Below are positions 9,301-15,453 of a DNA stretch of 43,412 bases, piece after piece. Each line of letters begins with the position of its first letter. Position 1 is the first letter of the stretch. The notes under the pieces are model-generated. The model saw only the letters and a list, made by a program, of their open reading frames with translations. It was not told the DNA's origin and did not search any database. Position numbers and translations under genes: made by a program. The DNA is from a virus (Duplodnaviria; Heunggongvirae; Uroviricota; Caudoviricetes). The DNA is taken from the IMG/VR virus record IMGVR_UViG_3300048854_000273, positions 1 to 43,412 of that record. One strand, written 5' to 3'.

Positions 9301-9347
9301 GGGAATGACACGGGAGCCCAGGTGGGAGACCAAGTTACCCAAGTGAC

Positions 9348-9370
9348 AGCGGCCCCAGAACGGAGCCGCT
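9348..9370 (-). terminator. GC-rich hairpin downstream of acb2 (AGCGGCTCC-GTTCT-GGGGCCGCT); weak U-tract
   Basis: 9-bp stem including one G-U pair. Confidence 0.35.
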
Positions 9371-9395
9371 TTCCTTCAAAAAGAGACTGCGGACC

Positions 9396-9620
9396 CTAGA
9401 AAGTTGTGGGTTGAGCCACACCCCTAACGAGAGCCATGATCCCGGTCTGGAGATCCGTGGCCCCGATTGAGATCCAGCGTTGGTCGAGTCCCTGCGCCGC
9501 TCGCAGCTCCGCCACCAGTTCACCCAGCTCCGAACCCTTCGCCTTGATCTTGTTCATCAGGTCGATCTCGTTCTGGGACAGGTCGCGATAGCCTGAGATT
9601 TTCGTGTGCTGGTCTTTCAT
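9396..9620 (-). CDS. acb2: Acb2-like cyclic-oligonucleotide sponge (anti-CBASS), 74 aa
   Basis: MKDQHTKISGYRDLSQNEIDLMNKIK...RWISIGATDLQTGIMALVRGVAQPTTF matches the recalled Acb2 pattern [26 protein letters not shown]...[27 protein letters not shown]; the true start is the ATG overlapping the phoH stop (the track ORF is over-extended). Confidence 0.85.
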   Translation of the reverse strand: MKDQHTKISGYRDLSQNEIDLMNKIKAKGSELGELVAELRAAQGLDQRWISIGATDLQTGIMALVRGVAQPTTF

Positions 9621-10393
9621 GCGGCTTCCTTCAGAGGTTGGTATTCGGCGGCGTATGCCTCGAGGATTTCCTGGATCACGCCGTGGCGCACGATGTCCTT
9701 CTTCTGGAACTCTACGTGACCGATCGACGGAATCCACGAGAGTCGCTCAACAGCGTCCTTCAGACCCGACTTGCCACGGATATCGACCTGCTCGACGTCG
9801 CCGTTGATGACCATGCGAGAGCCTTCGCCGATGCGGGTCAGGAACATCTTCATCTGTTCGGGCGTGGTGTTCTGCGCCTCATCCAGGATCACGACCGCGT
9901 TCTTGAACGTGCGGCCGCGCATATAGGCAAGCGGTGCTCCCTCGATGTTCCCCGCGCGCTTGTGATACTCGTAGGCGCCGGACCCGAGCCGCTCGATCAG
10001 CGCCTCCTCGAATGGGATAAGGTAGTGAGCGAACTTCTCTTCCATTTCCCCCGGCAGAAAGCCCAGGCTCTCGCCCGCCTCCACCGCCGGCCGTGTCACG
10101 ATGACCTTGTCGATCAGCTTGTCGCGCAGGGCATCAGCAGCGAGGGACGCGCAGACCCACGTTTTGCCGGTGCCGGCGGGGCCGGTCGCAAATGTGATTG
10201 TCTTGCCCTTGATGGACGCGATGTAGCGTCCCTGAGCGTCTGTGCGAGCGCGAATCGGTTCATAGCATGCGCGCACCTTTTCGACCCGCTCAGCTTGAGC
10301 TGCGGCATTGTGAAGTGCGGTATGGTCCTCATTGCGCCGACGGTCGGCACGTTGCTTCTGGCGGGTCTGGTGTTGCTGCTTCTGGCGGGGCAT
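9617..10393 (-). CDS. phoH: PhoH-family ATPase
   Basis: GPAGTGKT, TRPAVEAGESLGFLPG, YMRGRTF, ILDEAQN, MKMFLTRIG, NGDVEQVD. Confidence 0.95.
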   Translation of the reverse strand: MPRQKQQHQTRQKQRADRRRNEDHTALHNAAAQAERVEKVRACYEPIRARTDAQGRYIASIKGKTITFATGPAGTGKTWVCASLAADALRDKLIDKVIVTRPAVEAGESLGFLPGEMEEKFAHYLIPFEEALIERLGSGAYEYHKRAGNIEGAPLAYMRGRTFKNAVVILDEAQNTTPEQMKMFLTRIGEGSRMVINGDVEQVDIRGKSGLKDAVERLSWIPSIGHVEFQKKDIVRHGVIQEILEAYAAEYQPLKEAA

Positions 10394-10429
10394 GAGGGCG
10401 TCCTAGGGGATGGCTAAGAGCCCTCATCA

Positions 10430-10447
10430 TAAGTCAGTTTTGACTGT
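10430..10447. promoter_or_regulatory. Palindromic motif copy 3 (TAAGTCAGTTTTGACTGT) in the spacer of putative promoter TAGAAA-17-TATGAT for phoH-acb2
   Basis: Exact 14-bp core; -10 at 10426-10431 on minus strand. Confidence 0.8.
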
Positions 10448-10497
10448 TTTTCTACATGCGCGCGTGATGGCTGAGTCGCAATGATACCCGCGCTTGC

Positions 10498-10523
10498 AAA
10501 AAAAACCCGCCGCAGCGGGTTTT
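10498..10523 (-). terminator. Rho-independent terminator AAAACCCGC-TGCG-GCGGGTTTTTTTT
   Basis: Perfect stem with 8-U tail on minus strand, 4-U tail on plus strand. Confidence 0.85.
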
Positions 10524-10583
10524 GATTTCTGCAAGTCGTGCGCACCAAAGCAAATGCGCAAGCCCCAGATCAAGTCAAATCCT

Positions 10584-10769
10584 TTATTGCACGTTCGCCT
10601 TATCCAGCTGCGACTTATCCAAGACGAACGGCTTCTTGGCGCTCTTATGCTTGCTCGCTTTCGGCTTAGCGGCCGTGGTCGAGGGAGTCGTCGATACCGG
10701 TGCCGAAGCCTGCGCGAACGCGCTGGCGGCAAACAGTGATGCAATCAGAACAGCGGCAAACTTCTTCAT
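10584..10769 (-). CDS. Small secreted/periplasmic basic peptide (61 aa, Sec signal)
   Basis: MKK-hydrophobic core-AFA signal peptide, Lys/Ala/Pro-rich mature part, CAGGAG RBS and its own terminator. Confidence 0.75.
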   Translation of the reverse strand: MKKFAAVLIASLFAASAFAQASAPVSTTPSTTAAKPKASKHKSAKKPFVLDKSQLDKANVQ

Positions 10770-10845
10770 CTGGGTCTCCTGGAGGTGGTAGGCGAACTGT
10801 GTGTTCGCTTAGCGTCATAACGCGCCGGGCAACCGTTTCGTTGAC

Positions 10846-12168
10846 TCAGCACGCCACTCGCTGATTTGGCAAAACCAGCGCCTTGACCACCGAATGGTCC
10901 ATCTCCGCAACTTCCCGGTAATACCACTTTCCGCCCGAGACCGCAAAGTCCGTCACCGGCACATAGTCGAAGTTGGTCGCCCGCGTCTCGGTGTCCACAT
11001 TGACCAGCGCGAAGCCGTTATGCCAGCGCTCGCCCTCGCAGTAGGAGGCGCTACGCTTGTGACCGCTGCCAAGCTGGTGCCATTCATAGGCGCCGTAGAT
11101 CGGGCTGAACTGACTCCAGACCTGATGGCGGTGATGATGACCATTCACACCCGGCAGGCCCATATTGCGAGCGTGCGGGAAGTGATGGCACAGCACTGTG
11201 TCGAAGTAGACCCTGTAGTTATTGGCCAGCTCGTTCTCGAAGTCGCGCTTGGTGAAGGCAGCAAGATCAGCCTTGGCGACGTAGTTGATCTCGAACTTGT
11301 CGAGACCCAGCAGCTTGCTCACCGTCATGCCATGCAGGTCCGAGAGAACCGCGCGTAGCGCTGGCGTTGCATCGGCCATGTGCCGCAGCAGCCGGGCTTC
11401 GTGGTTGCCTTCAATAAAGTCTATTTGCGCGTTCGGACAAACCTTGCGAAGCGGCGCGAAAATGTTGTCGTGCGTGAAGCGGATACGGCCGGTCACGTCC
11501 CACTCACGCGGGTCGACGCCGTATTTCCCGAATTCAGGCAGGTCGAGCACGTCACCGTTGAAGACGATCACGTCCGGCTGCACGCGCTTGGCCGTATCGA
11601 TCAGCACACGCAGGTAGAACAGGTCGACCTCCTTGTCGTGCAGGTCCGAGCACACCAGGATTGTCTTGAAGCGGCTTGCGTTCGTGCGCACGTAGCGCTC
11701 AGCCCAGTCCCGGCGGTCCACATTCAGACGACGGTAGTGGTCGACGGAAACGTGCTTGGCAAGGTTGCGTTCGTGGGCGTGCTGCTGGCGCGTCAGTTCG
11801 AGCTGAGCCTGGCGGCGGAATTCATGAAAAGAGCCAAAGTGGCAGTTCCACGCCGACTCTGCAAGTGGCCCTTCACGGCGAAAGCGGTCGCGAGTGACCT
11901 GGCGCTCGGGATTCAGAAGCGCGAACGTGCGCAGCGCCTCGATACATTCTTCAGGCGTGGCTTTGACGATCCGCTCAACGTTCTCCGACATGGGCAGTTC
12001 AATACCGCTGCGGTTGATAACCTTGCCCGCGTATTCCTTCATCCGGCGGATTGCGACCGCCTTGTTCTTGACCGTCTGCGCCGAGAGACCAAGCTCCCGC
12101 GCAACGTCCTGCATGGTCGGAAAGCGCTTCGTGTTGTTGAAAGTCTTGACGAATTGGTCGTGCAGCAT
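10846..12168 (-). CDS. N-terminal HTH fused to calcineurin-like metallophosphoesterase
   Basis: HTH-like PTMQDVARELGLSAQTV; metallophosphoesterase motifs SDLH, NGD, EGNHE, GHHH. Confidence 0.82.
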   Translation of the reverse strand: MLHDQFVKTFNNTKRFPTMQDVARELGLSAQTVKNKAVAIRRMKEYAGKVINRSGIELPMSENVERIVKATPEECIEALRTFALLNPERQVTRDRFRREGPLAESAWNCHFGSFHEFRRQAQLELTRQQHAHERNLAKHVSVDHYRRLNVDRRDWAERYVRTNASRFKTILVCSDLHDKEVDLFYLRVLIDTAKRVQPDVIVFNGDVLDLPEFGKYGVDPREWDVTGRIRFTHDNIFAPLRKVCPNAQIDFIEGNHEARLLRHMADATPALRAVLSDLHGMTVSKLLGLDKFEINYVAKADLAAFTKRDFENELANNYRVYFDTVLCHHFPHARNMGLPGVNGHHHRHQVWSQFSPIYGAYEWHQLGSGHKRSASYCEGERWHNGFALVNVDTETRATNFDYVPVTDFAVSGGKWYYREVAEMDHSVVKALVLPNQRVAC

Positions 12169-12194
12169 CCGGTCTTCCTGGAGCGGATATGAGA

Positions 12195-12214
12195 ACGGCC
12201 CATCGCTGGGCCGT
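12195..12214 (-). terminator. Hairpin ACGGCCCA-GCGA-TGGGCCGT after the o-spanin (GNRA loop, weak U-tract)
   Basis: 8-bp perfect stem 5 nt after the stop codon. Confidence 0.5.
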
Positions 12215-12219
12215 GCGGG

Positions 12220-12534
12220 TTACTGAGCAGTTTTTGCCTGACCGTCGATCAGCGACTGCACCCAGTCCACAAGCGAGTCGTGGTAGGTGGCTAGCGCGTG
12301 ATACATGCTGACAACGTCGAGGTCGTTGTCGACGAACTCAGTGACTGTCGGGACGTGGTCTTCCGGCAGCAGCGGGAGCGCTTGCGACTTTTGCATCGCT
12401 GCCGCTGGCGGCATTGACAGCGACTCCGCGGCGGGCAGCGTTGAGCAGCCGCACAGTATCGAGATCGAAAGGCATAGGCTGGTCGCCAGCAGGGAGGTTT
12501 TGAACTTCACTTGCGGCAGCTTGAGAAGTGGCAT
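12220..12534 (-). CDS. o-spanin (Rz1-like lipoprotein)
   Basis: Hydrophobic signal with LCGC lipobox; overlaps the 3' end of the i-spanin in another frame. Confidence 0.8.
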   Translation of the reverse strand: MPLLKLPQVKFKTSLLATSLCLSISILCGCSTLPAAESLSMPPAAAMQKSQALPLLPEDHVPTVTEFVDNDLDVVSMYHALATYHDSLVDWVQSLIDGQAKTAQ

Positions 12535-12796
12535 GAGTGACCTTCAGGGGTTGTGCGAGCCGTTTGTCGACGGCTTCCTTGACGCTTGCGACCGCGGCCT
12601 GCTGCGTGTTGGCCTGGGTCTGGATCTGGTTGCTTACGGCGATCGACTTCGGAATTTCGACGGCCGTCGCCTTCACTTCCTTCTTCTCGGCGACCACCTG
12701 TGATGCCACGTTGAATTTGTGCTCGGTGTAGAAGCCAGCGCCAAATGCGGCCGCACAGGCCAGCGCGAGGATGCCGATCTGCTGTAGAGGGTTCAT
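12338..12796 (-). CDS. i-spanin (Rz-like), 152 aa from MNPLQQ
   Basis: N-terminal TM then Ala/Gln-rich coiled coil; TAATG overlap with the holin stop (track ORF over-extended). Confidence 0.78.
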   Translation of the reverse strand: MNPLQQIGILALACAAAFGAGFYTEHKFNVASQVVAEKKEVKATAVEIPKSIAVSNQIQTQANTQQAAVASVKEAVDKRLAQPLKVTHATSQAAASEVQNLPAGDQPMPFDLDTVRLLNAARRGVAVNAASGSDAKVASAPAAAGRPRPDSH

Positions 12797-13029
12797 TAGC
12801 TTCCTTTCGGTTTGGGCTCGGTCAGTGCCTTGCCGGCGATCGTCACGCCCGCGGCGGTCAGAAACTCCGTCCACGAGCGTGTCATCACGCCAAAGTCGAA
12901 ATTGATCCCCTTGTAAGCCGTCCAGCCGCTCGCGGAGAGCAGGACAACGAACACCAGGAACCACCAGATTCGAAGCGGACACGGTGTATCGTTGTCGCGC
13001 TCGGTGAGAAATCGTGGAAAGAACTTCAT
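12796..13029 (-). CDS. Putative holin (77 aa, 2 TM, basic C-tail)
   Basis: Two hydrophobic segments, located between endolysin and spanins. Confidence 0.7.
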   Translation of the reverse strand: MKFFPRFLTERDNDTPCPLRIWWFLVFVVLLSASGWTAYKGINFDFGVMTRSWTEFLTAAGVTIAGKALTEPKPKGS

Positions 13030-13562
13030 GCAGCCACCCCCAGAAACTCAGCCTTCTCCGCGAGACGTCGGCGCAACAGCCCCGCGACGTGCTGGCCGCC
13101 CGCCATGTCCCATTTCTGGAACTCATTGGCAGCCGCAGCGTGGTTGCCAGAATTGAGCAGCTTGAGCATGGTCGAGCCAGCGAATGCGGCCACACCGAGG
13201 TTGAACACGAAGTCCACCAGTGCGTCGAATTCACCCTGTGTCAGCGGCGTCGTCACGAGATGATTGACAGCGGCGACTGCACCCGCCGTATCCGCGAGCA
13301 GTTGCGCGTCTGCCTGCGCCTGGGTCCAGACGAGGCCGTAATGGACTTCGGGGCCGGTATGGCCCCATGCGATCGTCCAAGGCGCTCCCGAAAGGATCAG
13401 TAGCGATTGCGGGATTGCCCCACCGGCGATCACCGAGCGCCACATGCCGCGTGCGATCAGAGCCTTGCCAAGCGGGGAAGCCGGGTCCGGGTAAGCCTTC
13501 AGACAGCAGCTTTCAAAACCCTGCGTGACGGCGAGACCCGTCTTCGAGTATTGCATTGTCAT
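13026..13562 (-). CDS. Endolysin, GH24/T4-lysozyme-like muramidase (start 13562 or 13556)
   Basis: FE-x8-D catalytic pair, PWTIAWGHT, QGEFDALVDFVFNLG, GLLRRRLAE. Confidence 0.92.
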   Translation of the reverse strand: MTMQYSKTGLAVTQGFESCCLKAYPDPASPLGKALIARGMWRSVIAGGAIPQSLLILSGAPWTIAWGHTGPEVHYGLVWTQAQADAQLLADTAGAVAAVNHLVTTPLTQGEFDALVDFVFNLGVAAFAGSTMLKLLNSGNHAAAANEFQKWDMAGGQHVAGLLRRRLAEKAEFLGVAA

Positions 13563-13578
13563 AGTCAGTTTTGACTAC
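13561..13578. promoter_or_regulatory. Palindromic motif copy 4 (ATAGTCAGTTTTGACTAC), filling the intergenic gap and overlapping the endolysin ATG
   Basis: 17/18 match to consensus. Confidence 0.85.
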
Positions 13579-13580
13579 CT

Positions 13581-13928
13581 TTAAGCATACTGGTGAAAAA
13601 TCTTTGCGGCGACAGCCAGCACTCCTGCGCCGACCAGACCCCAAATGACCTTGACGGTGCGCTTGACCCCCTCGGCCATCGCTTCGTGCTTGATGTTGGC
13701 TTTTTCCAGTTCTGCCGTTTTCTTCACCGCGTCATCGAGCTGGATCTCGAGGCGGTCCACGCGACGCTGGGTGGTCAAGTGACGTTCTTCGATGACAGCC
13801 AGTTTGACGAGCGCGTCGGCAACCTTGGTCATGCTGGTGCGGATTTCACGAACGTCGTCCTGGACACCTGTAATCTGGCTCTCAAGAGCGGCAAACTCGG
13901 ACACGCGGGCCTCTGTTTCAGTGGTCAT
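13581..13928 (-). CDS. Coiled-coil protein with C-terminal TM (115 aa from MTTETE), lysis-module accessory
   Basis: Heptad pattern plus VIWGLVGAGVLAVAA anchor; GAGG RBS. Confidence 0.7.
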   Translation of the reverse strand: MTTETEARVSEFAALESQITGVQDDVREIRTSMTKVADALVKLAVIEERHLTTQRRVDRLEIQLDDAVKKTAELEKANIKHEAMAEGVKRTVKVIWGLVGAGVLAVAAKIFHQYA

Positions 13929-13981
13929 ACCGGAATTTCCTCTGTCGCTCTCTTGCAAAGGTCGAGCCTGGATGATAGGCC

Positions 13982-14023
13982 AAAATGAAAACGGCGGCAA
14001 GTCAGTTTTGACTGTTGCCGCCG
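13982..14023 (-). terminator. Rho-independent terminator whose upper stem-loop is motif copy 5 (13998-14015)
   Basis: Minus strand CGGCGGCA-AC-AGTCA-AAAC-TGACT-TGCCGCCG-TTTTCATTTT. Confidence 0.8.
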
Positions 14024-14043
14024 CATCGACAAAAGCGATCTGG

Positions 14044-14373
14044 TTAAACCGCCGTGCCGCCCGCAAGGATGTAGCGGTTCGCCGCATACGGCAACGACGC
14101 TTCTGCCGGGTCCGGCGTCTCAGGCTGTGCGGCGATCAGTGTCTGCTCGGCATAAGCGACAGCATTCTGGCTGTCAGCAGGCACGCCCTTCATGAACAGC
14201 GAGAACGCGCTTTGCACCGGCTGCTTTCCGGCCGCATAAGTGTCCTGCGACACGTAGCTCATCAGCGCCACGCTGGTGGTCTTGTTCAGCATGTCGAGAG
14301 ACACTTGCTGGATTACGTGGTAGCCCGCGACCACACCGGTCGAGTCGAGGGTGATATCTTTCTTGATTGCCAT
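14044..14373 (-). CDS. Hypothetical tail-fibre-region protein (109 aa from MAIKKD)
   Basis: GGAG RBS before ATG 14373. Confidence 0.7.
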   Translation of the reverse strand: MAIKKDITLDSTGVVAGYHVIQQVSLDMLNKTTSVALMSYVSQDTYAAGKQPVQSAFSLFMKGVPADSQNAVAYAEQTLIAAQPETPDPAEASLPYAANRYILAGGTAV

Positions 14374-14394
14374 ACGGAAACTCCAGTTGGAATG

Positions 14395-14412
14395 AAAGTC
14401 AGTTTTGAGTGT
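14395..14412. promoter_or_regulatory. Palindromic motif copy 6 (AAAGTCAGTTTTGAGTGT, degenerate)
   Basis: 13/14 core match in an intergenic gap. Confidence 0.7.
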
Positions 14413-14428
14413 AACTCGGGACGTCGGA

Positions 14429-14896
14429 TTAGGCCAGCGCCGTCTGTGGAATTGTTGCAACCACGTCGTGCGTAACTACGGCGGCGAACGTGTTCGGGTC
14501 ATAGCGCCACGATTCCGCGTAGCCCAACGCCTCGGCCACGGACTCGGAACAGAACCACTCGCCCTTCTCGCCCTCGTAGTGACGGAACACGAAGCCGAAC
14601 AGACCCGCCACGTCATACGGCTGGCCGGCATGCGCTTCGAACCAGGCAACCGCCGCGGTCTCCTGTTCAGGCGTCGTCGCGATATCGATCACGTCCCAGT
14701 CGGCCGGATCGAGGCTGATGACAGTGCGGCGCACGCCCTTGTCCAGGTAGGCCGAGGACCAGCAGACAGCCATGTCGTTCTCGTATCCGGTGACGAGTTC
14801 GCAATGACTGTAGGCGCCGCGCGTCCACCATTTCGTCAAGACTCCCAGCCAACCCTTGATGCCTGGGTGTCGCCCTTTGAAGAATGCAATTTTCAT
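14429..14896 (-). CDS. Permuted papain-like NlpC/P60 (YiiX-type) protein, 155 aa from MKIAFF
   Basis: N-terminal SHCE (His) precedes C-terminal WFCSE (Cys), with the GQPYD motif between them. Confidence 0.7.
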   Translation of the reverse strand: MKIAFFKGRHPGIKGWLGVLTKWWTRGAYSHCELVTGYENDMAVCWSSAYLDKGVRRTVISLDPADWDVIDIATTPEQETAAVAWFEAHAGQPYDVAGLFGFVFRHYEGEKGEWFCSESVAEALGYAESWRYDPNTFAAVVTHDVVATIPQTALA

Positions 14897-14901
14897 AGCT
14901 C

Positions 14902-15453
14902 TCACTGGATTGTTGCGGCCACCGCTTCGATAGCGGCGACCACGTTGAGGTATGCGGCGCCCGCTGCATCGGCGGTCGTCGCGTTCAGGACTTCGTATTT
15001 GCGCATGCGCAGACAGCCGAGCTGCTCAAGTGCGCCGTTAAGCAAGGTCGATTGCGAAAGGATGAGATCGGCCGCCGCGGTGTTGCTCATGCCGGCCGCC
15101 GTTGCAAATGCAGACACCCACGGACCTGGGTCGCCCTGATAGCCCGAGTCCTTGAATGCCTGTGCCGCGGCCGCGCGAAGCAGGTATTCCTGCTGGAAGC
15201 GATTGAAGTCCGAGTAGATCGAGGCAACCAGGTCATCGATCTTGGTGGCCAGCTCCTGCGCGGAGGGCTGTGGGATCACCGTAACTTGTGGGCTGGGGCC
15301 AGCGAATGCCTTGCCGTCGTAGGTGAATCCGATATGAACTGCGTCGGTCGCGGAGACGGCAGTGACGCCGTCGCCAAAGTTTGCGGAGACCGCGCCGTCC
15401 CACTCGATCATGTTGACGACGACACCACCCGAAACCAGTGCGTAAGTTGCCAT
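14902..15453 (-). CDS. Tail fibre assembly/chaperone-like protein
   Basis: YALV..GVVVNMIEWDG...IGFTYDG..F pattern; directly after the tail fibre. Confidence 0.7.
   Translation of the reverse strand: MATYALVSGGVVVNMIEWDGAVSANFGDGVTAVSATDAVHIGFTYDGKAFAGPSPQVTVIPQPSAQELATKIDDLVASIYSDFNRFQQEYLLRAAAAQAFKDSGYQGDPGPWVSAFATAAGMSNTAAADLILSQSTLLNGALEQLGCLRMRKYEVLNATTADAAGAAYLNVVAAIEAVAATIQ

Noticed and set aside
12338-13234. 298-aa ORF spanning holin and endolysin
   Set aside because: Only the part from ATG 12796 looks like an i-spanin; the upstream part is an out-of-frame overlap.
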